This document shows positions 10,896 to 20,629 of a stretch of DNA of 64,000 bases, in pieces. The stretch covers positions 6,494 through 70,493 of the forward strand of contig DATLQS010000012.1 in the NCBI GenBank assembly GCA_035535075.1. Reading direction: 5' to 3'. The stretch is from Solirubrobacteraceae bacterium. GTDB taxonomy: Bacteria; Actinomycetota; Thermoleophilia; Solirubrobacterales; Solirubrobacteraceae. The notes beneath the pieces were generated by a model. That model saw only the letters and a program-made list of their open reading frames with translations. It was not told the origin of the DNA and did no database searches. Position numbers and translations under genes: made by a program. The first letter of the stretch is position 1; every line of letters starts with the position of its first letter.

Positions 10896-11368
10896 CCGGT
10901 TGAGGGCGGCGGCGGCGAGGTCCCGGCCGCCCCCTCCTCGACGCGCAGACGCTCCTGGTCGCGCGACACGGCGAGCGGCGAATCCTGCGCGTCCTGCAGC
11001 TCGGTGAGACGGCGCGTCACGTCGGCGAGCTGCTCCTCGATCGACTCCAGCTGCGCGGCGATCGCCGGGGGGGTGCCACGCAGGCCGTTCTCGAGCCGCG
11101 TCAGCGAGTCTTCGATCGCCTCCAGGCGCTGGGAAACCGACCGCACGCGCCGCGTCAGTCGCTCCATGTGGGCGGCCGACGGGAGGTTGAGGAACTCCAT
11201 CGCGACCTCCTGCGCCTGCGCGGCCCGTCCGCGCGCTTCGAACGCCGCGGTCAGCGCCGAGTTGATCCACGGGTTCTCGAGCAGGTCCTGGGCGATCCGC
11301 CCGAGCGCCTCCTCACCGCGCGCGCTGACCCGGTCGCGCAGGCTCCCCGGCTGCGGTTCGTCGGTCAC
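10892..11368 (-). CDS. phasin-like coiled-coil protein (hypothetical)
   Basis: GTG 11368 preceded by GGGAG. 158 aa with FLNLPSAAHMERLTRRVRSVSQRLEAIEDSL and heptad-like repeats, resembling the PHA-granule/phasin family from memory. The upstream part of listed ORF 10892..11638 is junk. Confidence 0.5.
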   Translation of the reverse strand: MTDEPQPGSLRDRVSARGEEALGRIAQDLLENPWINSALTAAFEARGRAAQAQEVAMEFLNLPSAAHMERLTRRVRSVSQRLEAIEDSLTRLENGLRGTPPAIAAQLESIEEQLADVTRRLTELQDAQDSPLAVSRDQERLRVEEGAAGTSPPPPSTG

Positions 11369-11429
11369 CCCTGGAAGGGTACTCCCAACGGCCGCGCGTG
11401 CGAGCACGCCGAACCGCGCCGGCGCCCGG

Positions 11430-13409
11430 TTAGCTTCCGCTGAACTCCGGGGGGCGCTTGTCGAGGAAGGCGGCGATCCCCTCGCGGGCGTCCGCCGAGG
11501 CGAACACGCGGCCGAACGCCGCCTTCTCGGCCTCGATGCCGGCCTCGAGACCAGCGTCGTTGGACAGCCGCTTGATCTCCTCGATCGCGATCGGCGCCGC
11601 CGCCGCCAGCCGGCGCGCCCAGGCGAGCGCGGTATCAAGCAGCTCGTGATCGCCGACCACGAGGTTCACGAGGCCGAGCTCCCAGGCCTCCAGCGCGTCG
11701 ATCGGCTCGCCGAGCAGATTCATCTCGAGCGCCCGGCCCGATCCGACGAGTCGCGGCAGCCGCTGCGTTCCGCCGAACCCCGGGATGATCCCCAGCTTGA
11801 TCTCCGGCTGGGCGAAGCTGGCTGACTGTGCCGCGATGCGGATGTCGGCGCCCATCGCCAACTCGCAGCCGCCGCCGTAGGCGAGCCCGTTGATCGCCGC
11901 GATGGTGACGATTCGCGAGCGTCCGGCTTCGAGCAGCAGCGAGTGCATCGTGTCGACGAACTCGCGCTGGCCCGGCGCCTGCATCGTCTGCATGCCCTTG
12001 ATGTCCGCGCCCGCGCAGAACAGCGCCGGGCTGGCCGAGGCGATCACCAGGACGCGGACCGTCGCGTCCTCGACGACGCCTCGCCACAGCCGAGCCAGGC
12101 TGTCGATCGCCTCGACGCTCAGCGAGTTGGCCGGCGGGTTGTCGATCCAGGCGATCGCCACGTCGCCGCGCGACTCGAGCTTGATCGGGCCGTCCTGGCC
12201 CGGATCGGGGGCGGGCGTGGGGAAGAACCCCTGGCCCGCCGCGGCGCCGAGCCTGCCCTGGGCGACGAGGCGTCGCAGGATCGTCGGCGGGGCGAACCGC
12301 TCGCCCCACCTGCCGGCAGCCTGCTCGAGACGGCCGACGACCTCACCGAGCCCGACGGCGTCGGCGCGCGCGAACGGCGGCGGGCTCAGCCCGGCCCCGG
12401 CCATCATCGCCAGGTCGATCTCGCGCGCGCCGGCGACGCCGTCCTCGAGCACCAGGCAGCACTCCACGAGCGCCTTCAGCGTGAACCGTTCGGCCAGTTC
12501 CGCCGCGTCGACCGAGTCGCCGCCGATGTCGGGCGCCGCGCTCGCCTCGTAGAACCCCCGGCCGCTCTTGGCGCCCAGCCGGCCCTTGCCGACCAGCTCG
12601 CGCAGGCCGCCGTGGACGTAGAAGCGCTCGCCGAAGGACTCCTGCAGGTGCTCGGCCACGTGCAGCACGGTGTCGAGGCCGAGCTGGTCCGCGAGTCGAA
12701 ACGGCCCCATCGGCGCGGCCTTCGATTCGCTGATCGCGCGGTCCAGCGCTGCGATCGACAGGCCCTGCTCCTCCTGCGCCCGCCAGAGCTCGCTGATCGC
12801 CGACATCAGCACACGGTTGACCACGAAACCGGGGTCGTCGGCGCAGCGGATCGCCGTCTTGCGGATCGCGGCCGCGAAGCGCGACGCTGCCGCCATCGAC
12901 TCCGGCGAGGTCTCGACGCCCTCGACGATCTCGACCAGGCGCATCACCGAAGCCGGGTAGAAGAAGTGGAACCCGAGCACGCGATCGGCCCGCGTCGTCA
13001 CGCTGGCCAGCTCGCTGATCGACAGCGCGGAGGTGTTCGAGGCGAGGATCGCGTGACCGGGGGTCGCGGCGTCGAGCTCCTCGAAGACGGCCTGCTTCAG
13101 ATCGAGCCGCTCGGGCACCGCCTCGATCACGAAGTCGACGTCACCGAAGCCGTCATAGGCGGTGGTCGTGCTGATCAACGCGAGCGTGCGCGCGAGCTGC
13201 TCGTCGGCCTGGGCGCGCGTCAGACGCTGCTTCCACACGAGCGCATCCAGCTGAGCGGCTGTGAGGTCCTCGGCGCGCTGGCGCCCGACGTCCACGAGCC
13301 GCTGCTCGACGTCGCGCAGGACGACCGGAATCCCGGCGGCGGCGATCAGCTGGGCAATCTCGCCGCCCATCGTGCCGGCACCCACGACGGCGGCCTTGAA
13401 CACGAACAT
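11430..13409 (-). CDS. bifunctional 3-hydroxyacyl-CoA dehydrogenase / enoyl-CoA hydratase (FadB-like, dehydrogenase domain first)
   Basis: AAVVGAGTMGGEIA Rossmann motif at the N-terminus and a crotonase fold at the C-terminus (FCAGADIKGM, AINGLAYGGGCELAM). ATG 13409 is preceded by AAGGAG. Confidence 0.9.
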   Translation of the reverse strand: MFVFKAAVVGAGTMGGEIAQLIAAAGIPVVLRDVEQRLVDVGRQRAEDLTAAQLDALVWKQRLTRAQADEQLARTLALISTTTAYDGFGDVDFVIEAVPERLDLKQAVFEELDAATPGHAILASNTSALSISELASVTTRADRVLGFHFFYPASVMRLVEIVEGVETSPESMAAASRFAAAIRKTAIRCADDPGFVVNRVLMSAISELWRAQEEQGLSIAALDRAISESKAAPMGPFRLADQLGLDTVLHVAEHLQESFGERFYVHGGLRELVGKGRLGAKSGRGFYEASAAPDIGGDSVDAAELAERFTLKALVECCLVLEDGVAGAREIDLAMMAGAGLSPPPFARADAVGLGEVVGRLEQAAGRWGERFAPPTILRRLVAQGRLGAAAGQGFFPTPAPDPGQDGPIKLESRGDVAIAWIDNPPANSLSVEAIDSLARLWRGVVEDATVRVLVIASASPALFCAGADIKGMQTMQAPGQREFVDTMHSLLLEAGRSRIVTIAAINGLAYGGGCELAMGADIRIAAQSASFAQPEIKLGIIPGFGGTQRLPRLVGSGRALEMNLLGEPIDALEAWELGLVNLVVGDHELLDTALAWARRLAAAAPIAIEEIKRLSNDAGLEAGIEAEKAAFGRVFASADAREGIAAFLDKRPPEFSGS

Positions 13410-13477
13410 GCGCAACTCCTTGGGGTCGGGTGTGTCTGAATCTACAGAGCGGGGGAAATCAAGCTGAGGAGGCTGTG

Positions 13478-14434
13478 GTGCTGAGGATTTGTCGCGTGCT
13501 GCTCGTTGGGACCGTCGCCGCGGTCGCGACGCTGGGGCTCCTCGCCGGGCCGGCGCTGGCCGCCGCGCCAGCCGTGACGACCGGCGCGAACGGCAGCGTC
13601 ACCTACCAGTCGGCGGTGCTCTTCGGGACGGTCCGTCCGGGCGGGGAGTCGACCGAGGTCTACTTCCAGTACGGAGCCACGAACAAGTACGGCGCCCAGT
13701 CGACGCCGGCCCAACTGCCGGCCGGGACCAAGGCGGTCGCCATATCGATCGCGATCGCCGGGCTCGCCGCGGGCACGACCTACCACTACCGCATCGTGGC
13801 GACCAACGCCACGAGCACCGCGCTCGGTGCCGACAGGACCCTGGTGACGGCCAAGATCCCGCTCTCGCTTGCCATCACCGCCGCACCCAACCCGGTCGAG
13901 TTCGGCAGCCCGGTGACCATCGAGGGCACGCTCTCGGGCACCGGCAGCGCCGGGGCCGCGGTTCAGCTCCAGCAGAACGAGTTTCCCTACACGACGGGGT
14001 TCGTGAACGTCGGCAACGCTGAGCTGACGCTGCCCAACGGCGCGTTCGTCTTCAACGTGCTCGGCGTGGCGCTGAACACCCAGTACCGCGTCGTGTCCGG
14101 CAACGTCGCGTCGGTCGATGTGCCGGTGTCCGTCGGCCTCAGCGTGACCCTGCACACGCGGGCCACCGGCACGCACCGACGCCCGACCGTGCGCTTCGGC
14201 GGGACGATCGCGCCGGCGGAGCCCTCGGCGCGGATCGCATTCGAACGGCTGGTCGGCACGAGCTGGAAGGTCGTCGGCGGCACGGTCGCGCAGGTGGCGG
14301 TCACGAACGGCGTCGTCAGCTTCGCCAAGACGCTGCGGATCTACCACGGCGGCTTCTTCCGCGCGCTGGTGCTCCCGGTCGAGGGCGCTCACGTGTCGGG
14401 CTACAGCCCGACCGCGGTCGTGCGGCTCAAGTGA
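13478..14434 (+). CDS. secreted protein with FN3-like and Ig-like repeats
   Basis: GTG 13478 lies 5 nt after GAGGAGG. Signal peptide LRICRVLLVGTVAAVATLGLLAGPALAAAP. FN3-type signature VYFQYGATNKYGAQSTP ... LAAGTTYHYRIVATN. Confidence 0.7.
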   Translation: MLRICRVLLVGTVAAVATLGLLAGPALAAAPAVTTGANGSVTYQSAVLFGTVRPGGESTEVYFQYGATNKYGAQSTPAQLPAGTKAVAISIAIAGLAAGTTYHYRIVATNATSTALGADRTLVTAKIPLSLAITAAPNPVEFGSPVTIEGTLSGTGSAGAAVQLQQNEFPYTTGFVNVGNAELTLPNGAFVFNVLGVALNTQYRVVSGNVASVDVPVSVGLSVTLHTRATGTHRRPTVRFGGTIAPAEPSARIAFERLVGTSWKVVGGTVAQVAVTNGVVSFAKTLRIYHGGFFRALVLPVEGAHVSGYSPTAVVRLK

Positions 14435-14452
14435 GCAGGCGTGAGCGGTCGG

Positions 14453-15601
14453 TCAGGCCCGGTCCGGATCGAGCACCTCGCGCGCGATGACGATGCGCTG
14501 GATCTGGGCGGTGCCCTCGTAGAGCTGCATGATCTTGGCGTCGCGCATCAGCTTCTCGACGGGGTAGTCCTTGATGAAGCCGTAGCCGCCGTAGACCTGG
14601 ACCGCGTCGGTCGCGACGCGCATCGCGGCGTCGGCGGCGAAGCGCTTGGCGTGCGAGGAGAGCAGCGTGTTGCGTTTGCCCTGATCGAGCAGGACGGCGG
14701 ACTTCCACGTCAGCAGCCGCGCCGCTTCGATGTCGGTCGCCATGTCGGCGATCATGAACTGGATCGCCTGGTGGGCGGCGATCGGCACGCCGAACTGGAC
14801 GCGCTCGCGCGCGTAGGACACCGCGAACTCGAAGGCGGCGCGCGCGATTCCGGTGGCCATCGCCGCGACCCCCGGGCGGGTGCGGTCGAGGGTCATCATC
14901 GCGATCTTGAAGCCCGCGTTCTCCTCGCCGATCAGATGGTCGGCGGGGATCTCGACGTCGGGGAAGCTGATCGTCGCCGTGTTGGACGCGCGCTGGCCCA
15001 TCTTGTCCTCGTGTCCGTCGACGAGCACCCCGGCGTCGCGTGGTACGACGAAGCACGAGATCCCGCGGTGGCCGGCGTCGGGCTCGGTCTTGGCGTACAC
15101 GGTGTAGAAGTTGGCGTAGCCACCGTTCGTGATGAAGCACTTCGAGCCGCTGATCACGTACTTGTCGCCGCGGCGCACGGCACGCGTCCTCATCGCTGCG
15201 ACGTCCGAGCCGGCGTCGGGCTCGGTCAGGCAGAACGACGCGAGCAGCGGCGCGTCGACGAGCCGCCTGAGGTAGGTCTGCTTGAGCGCGTCGGACCCGG
15301 CGACCAGCAGCGGGGTGATCGCCAGGTTGTTGCAGCCGAGCGAGGTCTGGATGCCCGAGCAGCCCCACGAGAGCTCCTCCTCGATGATCGCTCCGTCGAG
15401 GTAGCCGATCGCCGGGCCGCCGTGGGCCTCGGGGATGTGGGTGTTCATCAGGCCGAGCGCCCAGGCCTTCTCGATGACCGTCTGCGGGAAGGTGCTGTCG
15501 CGGTCGTACTCCCACGCGACCGGCCGAATCTCCTTCTCGGCGAAGTCGTGGGCGAGCTCGCGCAGGGCGAGCTGCTCGTCGGTCAGTGTGAAGTCAACCA
15601 T
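14453..15601 (-). CDS. acyl-CoA dehydrogenase
   Basis: 382 aa with CLTEPDAGSDVAAM, FITNGGYANF and QLYEGTAQIQRIVIAR. Confidence 0.93.
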   Translation of the reverse strand: MVDFTLTDEQLALRELAHDFAEKEIRPVAWEYDRDSTFPQTVIEKAWALGLMNTHIPEAHGGPAIGYLDGAIIEEELSWGCSGIQTSLGCNNLAITPLLVAGSDALKQTYLRRLVDAPLLASFCLTEPDAGSDVAAMRTRAVRRGDKYVISGSKCFITNGGYANFYTVYAKTEPDAGHRGISCFVVPRDAGVLVDGHEDKMGQRASNTATISFPDVEIPADHLIGEENAGFKIAMMTLDRTRPGVAAMATGIARAAFEFAVSYARERVQFGVPIAAHQAIQFMIADMATDIEAARLLTWKSAVLLDQGKRNTLLSSHAKRFAADAAMRVATDAVQVYGGYGFIKDYPVEKLMRDAKIMQLYEGTAQIQRIVIAREVLDPDRA

Positions 15602-15661
15602 CGCTCGGCCGTTGGCCGGCGGGCCCGCGGGCGTTGCGGCGGCACCGGCTTCAAGCAGCCG

Positions 15662-16648
15662 TCAGCCGCCGGAGGAGCCGCCGGAGACAAGCGAGGCCAG
15701 CGAGGCCAGCGAGCCGAACTGGCTCTCGAGCGCGAACACGCCGTTGAGCAGCTTCGACGACGGCTGCGGATTCGCCGGCGCGGTGATCGTCTGCGCCTGG
15801 CCGAGCTGCGTCAGCGTGACATCGAGGTTCAGCGAGCCGCCGCTGAGGCCGCCGAGCGCCCCGGCGGCGATCTGCGGCACCGTGAAGGCGATCGCGAGGT
15901 CGAACTTGCGCACGATGTGATCGGTGACACCGGTGTAGATGTCGACCTGCGCAGAGGTGATCGCCGACTCGACGAGCGACAGGGCGTCGCCGGTCGTCGC
16001 ACCGGTCGCACCGGTGGAACCCGTGCTGGCGACGACCTTCGACAGGTCGTTGAGCACGTTGGCGATGTTGACCTGCGCCGTGAGGTGCTCGGTCGCGACG
16101 CCGCCGACGCTCGCGGTGCCGACGATGTGGGGATCGGTCAGCCAGGTCTTGGGGTTGATGCCGAGCGCGGCCAGCACGCCGCTGGCGCCGCTCGAGCCAA
16201 CCGTACTCGTGGGCGTGGTGGTGCTCGCCGGGAGCTCGTAGAACGTCCCGGCCAGCCCGACGTAGAGCTTCTTGCCGACGGCATCGAAGCCAACGTGCGC
16301 CGTCGAGCCGGCGATCGAGACGGTGGCAGCGAGGTCCGTCGAGATCTGATTGCCGGCGCTGCGCTCAAACGGCCCGGAGACGTCGAGCGTGATCGGCTTG
16401 GACCCGAGCTGCGGGATGCCGTCGAGCTTGAGCTTGACCGCGAGCGCGACCTGGCCGGAGTTGATCGCGTCGCTCGCCGAGAAGCTCTGCGAGACCAGCG
16501 ACGCCGGAGATGCCTTGACGGTGGCCGACGTCGTGGTGTGGGGTCCGCTGCCGCCACATGCCGCGATCGCGGCGGCGGCGCCAACCGCGAGGGGAACGGC
16601 GGCGAGGCGTCGAAGCTTGAACCGGGATGCCCTGCCGGCGGGATTCAT
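15662..16648 (-). CDS. putative lipoprotein of unknown function
   Basis: [31 protein letters not shown] (basic n-region, hydrophobic core, lipobox-like IAAC). Ser/Thr/Gly-rich mature part. Alternative starts at 16654 and 16666. Confidence 0.6.
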   Translation of the reverse strand: MNPAGRASRFKLRRLAAVPLAVGAAAAIAACGGSGPHTTTSATVKASPASLVSQSFSASDAINSGQVALAVKLKLDGIPQLGSKPITLDVSGPFERSAGNQISTDLAATVSIAGSTAHVGFDAVGKKLYVGLAGTFYELPASTTTPTSTVGSSGASGVLAALGINPKTWLTDPHIVGTASVGGVATEHLTAQVNIANVLNDLSKVVASTGSTGATGATTGDALSLVESAITSAQVDIYTGVTDHIVRKFDLAIAFTVPQIAAGALGGLSGGSLNLDVTLTQLGQAQTITAPANPQPSSKLLNGVFALESQFGSLASLASLVSGGSSGG

Positions 16649-16664
16649 GACCATTGAGGCTAGC

Positions 16665-18449
16665 ATGCGATGTGCGCGCCGGCTCGCGGTCGCGGGCTGC
16701 GCGGCGGTGCTCGTCGGCCTGTCCGGCGCCGCCGCCGTCGGCGCCGATCCGCACCCGCTGCGCGGGGGCCGAATCCCCTACACACCGCTCGCGCTGGTGC
16801 TCGAAACGGGCGGAGTGAGCGCCGTCGCAACGCCGCCGGCGGCCGGCTCGACGGCGACCCCGACGACACCGGCCGCCGGCCCGGCGGCCCGGCGCGGGTT
16901 GACCTTCCCCCAGGCGATCGCGGCGCTCGCGGCCGGCGGCGAACTGCCGGCCGCGACGGCCACCGCCGACCGCGCGCAATGGATCGCGGCGCGCGTCGCG
17001 TACAAGAGCCTGGGCGGGACGCGAAAGGCCGAGCTCGGCGCCGTCCTCGCCAACCTCACGGCGATCGCCGGCGCCGGGGGGCTGACCCCCTCGCGCGTCC
17101 CGGAGCTGATCCTGACCCTCGAGCGCAACCGCCAGTGGTGGACCACCGGCCCGCTGCTGGCCGCCTCCCAGCGTGTCGGCTTCCCGGGCAGCGGGCTGGT
17201 CTGGGAGTACTACCCCGGACAGGGGATCGAGATCCAGTGGCTCGGCACCTTCGGCGCCGCCAACGGGCTCTATGACCAGCGCAAGGGCGCCGCGCTCGCC
17301 GGTCTCCTCGATCAGGCGCTCAGCCTCGCCGCGGTGCGCGGCGGCGGGATCGCCTGGGAGTACGACTTCGCCTTCGACGGCGGCGCGCCTCCGTGGGTCT
17401 CCGCGATCACCCAGGGGACCGCGCTCGAGGCGCTGGCCGGCGCCGGCGTGGCGCTCCAGAACCCCGCCTACCTCGCCGACGCGCACCAGGCGCTGGGGAT
17501 CTTCGGCGTCGCGCCTCCGGTCGGGGTTCGCTCGGCGACGGCAGCGGGAGCGCGATACCTGATCTACAGCTTCGCACCGCACGAGTTCGTGATCAACGCG
17601 TTCATCCAATCCCTGGTCGGGCTGTTCGATCTGGCCGCCGCCGGAGACACGAGCGCTGCCGCGCTGTTCCGCGCGGGCAACGCGCAGGCGCGGATCGACG
17701 TGCCGAAATACAACACGGGGTACTGGTCGAAGTACGACCAGTACTCCGACTCGACGTTGAGCTACCACGAGTTGCTCACCGGGTTTCTCGCCAACCTGTG
17801 CGCGCAGACGCACGAAACGACGCTGACGGCGCTGACGATCCTCGGGCTCGCTGCACCCGGCGCCCTGACGCGCGGGGCAGGCCCGACGGGTGCCAGCGGC
17901 GCGACCGGCGCGACGTCCCCAACCGGCGGCACACCCTTCGTCGGCGCCAGCGGTGCGACGGGCGCGAGCGGTGCGACGGGCGCGACCGGCGCGACCAGCG
18001 TCACGGGGCCAACCGGCACGACCGGCACCACGGGGCCAACCGGCACGACCGGCACGACGAGCACCACCGGGCCGACCGGCCCGACGAACGACCCGAACGC
18101 CGTCTACTGCCGCGCGGCGGCGAGCTTCAAGGCCGACATCACGACGCCACCGGTGATCACGATCGCCCCTCTGGCGAGGACGCGCGCCACGCGGGTCGCG
18201 CACGTCGCGCTGACACTGTCCAAGCCCTCGACCGTCACCTTCGCGGTGTCCTACGCCGGCAGCGTCGTCTCCCAGATCACGCTGCAACTCAGCCACGGCT
18301 CCCACACGCTCAGGTGGCGACCGCCGCACGCCGGCGCCTGGACGGTGACGCTGAGCGCGGTGGATCCGGCGGGCAACCGCGCGCTGAGCAGCGCGGCGGT
18401 GACAATCAACGCGCCCCCGCCCCGGCGGCGGCACAGGCCGGCCGGCTGA
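16665..18449 (+). CDS. secreted D-glucuronyl C5-epimerase-like protein with collagen-like Gly-X-Thr repeat and Ig-like C-terminal domain
   Basis: Internal ATG 16665 of ORF 16350..18449. Signal peptide [27 protein letters not shown]. Epimerase-family motifs [32 protein letters not shown] and [18 protein letters not shown]. Then about 70 residues of GXT triplets and a beta-rich tail. Confidence 0.65.
   Translation: MRCARRLAVAGCAAVLVGLSGAAAVGADPHPLRGGRIPYTPLALVLETGGVSAVATPPAAGSTATPTTPAAGPAARRGLTFPQAIAALAAGGELPAATATADRAQWIAARVAYKSLGGTRKAELGAVLANLTAIAGAGGLTPSRVPELILTLERNRQWWTTGPLLAASQRVGFPGSGLVWEYYPGQGIEIQWLGTFGAANGLYDQRKGAALAGLLDQALSLAAVRGGGIAWEYDFAFDGGAPPWVSAITQGTALEALAGAGVALQNPAYLADAHQALGIFGVAPPVGVRSATAAGARYLIYSFAPHEFVINAFIQSLVGLFDLAAAGDTSAAALFRAGNAQARIDVPKYNTGYWSKYDQYSDSTLSYHELLTGFLANLCAQTHETTLTALTILGLAAPGALTRGAGPTGASGATGATSPTGGTPFVGASGATGASGATGATGATSVTGPTGTTGTTGPTGTTGTTSTTGPTGPTNDPNAVYCRAAASFKADITTPPVITIAPLARTRATRVAHVALTLSKPSTVTFAVSYAGSVVSQITLQLSHGSHTLRWRPPHAGAWTVTLSAVDPAGNRALSSAAVTINAPPPRRRHRPAG
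17874..18086 (+). repeat. in-frame 9-nt periodic (GGN-NNN-ACN) collagen-like triplet repeat, including a near-perfect 27-nt tandem duplication
   Basis: Encodes [19 protein letters not shown] ... [48 protein letters not shown]. The 26-mer acggggccaaccggcacgaccggcac occurs at 18003..18028 and again at 18030..18055. Confidence 0.9.
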
Positions 18450-18470
18450 ACCGCGCGTACAATCGGTCGG

Positions 18471-18929
18471 GTGCCTGCGCGGACGTGGATCCTCACCGGC
18501 TCACCCGAGAACTTCGCCGCGACTCGAGCGCTCGAGTTCACGGTGATCGGTCTCAAGGAGCGCCGCCGGCGTCAGGCGCTCGAGCTGGAGACCGGCGACC
18601 GGCTCGTGTTCTATCTGACGCGGGTCATGGCGTTCGCCGCGAGCGCCCGCATCGCCGGTGAGCTCTATGAGGACCGCACGCCGGTCTGGCCCGGCAAGCC
18701 CGGCAAGGCCGACGCCTATCCGTGGCGGTTTCCGATCGAGCCCGAATGGGTGCTCGAGGAATCGGCATGGATCCCCGCCGAGACACTCGTCGACGAACTC
18801 GAGCACATCGCAAAATGGCCGCGCGAGCACTGGAAGCTCGCCTTCCAGGGGCAGCTGCGCGTCGTCGGCGACGCGGACGCCGATCTGCTCTGCGCGCGGC
18901 TCGCCGCCGCGGCGACCGTGAGCGTGTGA
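18471..18929 (+). CDS. EVE (PUA-like) domain protein
   Basis: 152 aa with a GTG start. WILTGSPENF ... GDRLVFYLTRVMAFAASARIAGELYED ... YPWRFPIEPEWV resembles the EVE/ASCH fold pattern from memory. Confidence 0.55.
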   Translation: MPARTWILTGSPENFAATRALEFTVIGLKERRRRQALELETGDRLVFYLTRVMAFAASARIAGELYEDRTPVWPGKPGKADAYPWRFPIEPEWVLEESAWIPAETLVDELEHIAKWPREHWKLAFQGQLRVVGDADADLLCARLAAAATVSV

Positions 18930-19660
18930 TGGCCGCCGACGGGCCGCGCGCCGCACGCACCAAGCCCGGGCCATTCATGCGGGTGCTCCGCGCGTGGCGC
19001 GTGATCGGGCCCGAGCAGCGCGTGTGCGCGCTCGCGGCGCTCTCGCTCTGGATCACGATGTTCCTGCCGTGGTACAGCGAGACGGGCATCGCCGTCAGCA
19101 AGAGCTCCCAGGCGGTGAGCGTCACGCTCACCGCCTGGGGCGCGTTCTCGTTCGTCGAGCTCGCGGTGCTGGTGATCAGCGTCGCGGTACTGGCGCTGTT
19201 GTTCGCGCGCGGGGAGCGTCGCGCCTTCCATCTCCCGGGCGGCGACGGCACCGTGATCCTGCTCGCCGGCGGGTGGGCCGGGCTGCTGATCTTCTACCGG
19301 ATGCTCGACAAACAGGGGACGCAGGGCAGCAAGACCGCGGTCCTGACGAGCGGCATCCAGTGGGGCATCTTCCTGGCTTTGTTCGCGGCGATCTGGCTGG
19401 CATGGACGGGCCTGAGGATCCGCCGCACCCACCGCGCCGAGCCGGCGCTCGCCGACGACCCCACCGTGCATCTGCAGAACCGGCCGCCGGCGCGACGCGA
19501 GCGCGACGACGAGCCGGTCGCCGTGCCGGCGACCGTTCGCTCAGCTCGTCCCGAGGCCCGTCCCCGCGACGAGGATCCCGAGCGTGAGCACCGTGGGGTC
19601 ACGCGCGAGGACGCCGAACAGCTCTCGTTCGAGCTGCCCCGCGATCTCCGCGACAGCTGA
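18929..19660 (+). CDS. integral membrane protein (about 4 TM) with charged C-terminal tail
   Basis: ATG 18929 shares one nt with the EVE gene stop (TGATG). Hydrophobic segments [49 protein letters not shown] and [15 protein letters not shown]. Confidence 0.6.
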   Translation: MAADGPRAARTKPGPFMRVLRAWRVIGPEQRVCALAALSLWITMFLPWYSETGIAVSKSSQAVSVTLTAWGAFSFVELAVLVISVAVLALLFARGERRAFHLPGGDGTVILLAGGWAGLLIFYRMLDKQGTQGSKTAVLTSGIQWGIFLALFAAIWLAWTGLRIRRTHRAEPALADDPTVHLQNRPPARRERDDEPVAVPATVRSARPEARPRDEDPEREHRGVTREDAEQLSFELPRDLRDS

Positions 19661-19759
19661 CCGCCGGGCCCCGGTCACGCGCCGGAGCGCGCAAGCGCGC
19701 AGGCGGACGATCGCTCGAGGCCCTCCCCGACGGCCCGACCTTCCTATCATTGACGGCCA

Positions 19760-20629
19760 ATGGACGCGCTTCCCGAATCGGTGGACGCTGTCGCCGAAGG
19801 GTTGCGCGCGGCGGGCTACCTCCCTGGAGGATCGACCGCGCTGGTGGCCTACCTCGCCACCCGCCTGCACAAGCCCGTGCTCGTCGAGGGTCCCGCCGGT
19901 GTCGGCAAGACGGAGCTGGCCAAGGCGATGGCGACCTACCTGGGACGCGAACTCGTGCGCCTGCAGTGCTACGAGGGTCTCGACGAGGCCAAGGCGCTGT
20001 ATGAGTGGAACTACCGCAAGCAGCTGCTGCGCATTCAGGCCGAAGCCGATGGCGCAGGCTGGTCCGAGGTCCAGGACGACATCTTCGGCGAGGAGTTCCT
20101 GCTGGCGCGCCCGCTGCTCCAGGCGATCTCGGCCACCGCGCCGGTCGTCCTGCTGATCGACGAGATCGACAAGACCGACCAGGAGTTCGAGGCGATGCTG
20201 CTCGAGCTGCTCTCGGACTTCCAGATCACCATCCCCGAGCTCGGGCGGATCGCGGCGAGCTCGCAGCCGGTGGTGCTGCTGACGTCGAACAACTCGCGGG
20301 AGCTGACCGAGGCGCTCAAGCGCCGCTGCCTGTACCTGTGGCTCGACTATCCGACGCTCGAGCACGAGCTGGCGATCGTGCGGCTGCACGCGCCGCTGCT
20401 CCCCGACACCGTTGCCCGCAAGCTGGTCGAGGTGGTCGCGATGGTGCGCGAGCTCGACCTCAAGAAGCCCCCGTCGATCGCCGAGTCGATCGACTGGGCG
20501 CGCGCCCTGCTGCTGCTCGGAGCGAGCGACATCGACGCCGCGACGTTCAACGAGACGATGTCGGTGATCGTCAAGCACCGCACCGACATCGAGCTCGTTG
20601 CCGAGCGAGTCGGCCTGGCGCTCGCTTGA
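19760..20629 (+). CDS. MoxR-family AAA+ ATPase (CoxD-like)
   Basis: 289 aa with Walker [18 protein letters not shown] and Walker [13 protein letters not shown], plus [18 protein letters not shown]. Confidence 0.88.
   Translation: MDALPESVDAVAEGLRAAGYLPGGSTALVAYLATRLHKPVLVEGPAGVGKTELAKAMATYLGRELVRLQCYEGLDEAKALYEWNYRKQLLRIQAEADGAGWSEVQDDIFGEEFLLARPLLQAISATAPVVLLIDEIDKTDQEFEAMLLELLSDFQITIPELGRIAASSQPVVLLTSNNSRELTEALKRRCLYLWLDYPTLEHELAIVRLHAPLLPDTVARKLVEVVAMVRELDLKKPPSIAESIDWARALLLLGASDIDAATFNETMSVIVKHRTDIELVAERVGLALA

Noticed and set aside
14441-16657. 738-aa plus-strand ORF, and the similar giants 16365..18434(-), 27321..30029(+), 27439..29934(-), 30230..32149(+), 32644..34185(-), 19541..20578(-), 20347..21942(-) and 23293..25017(+)
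   Set aside because: All are Arg/Ala/Gly/Pro/Asp-dominated, lack motifs and lie antisense or out of frame to genes with clear family signatures (ACAD, lipoprotein, epimerase-like, GS-III, GT4, FprA, MoxR, VWA, AlkA). Stop codons are rare in all six frames at this GC content.
17874-18086. Short periodic repeats that might be mistaken for a CRISPR array or VNTR in non-coding DNA
   Set aside because: The period is 9 nt (27 nt for the duplication), there are no spacers of unique sequence, and the array is in frame inside a coding region encoding Gly-X-Thr triplets. No cas genes are present anywhere in the window.
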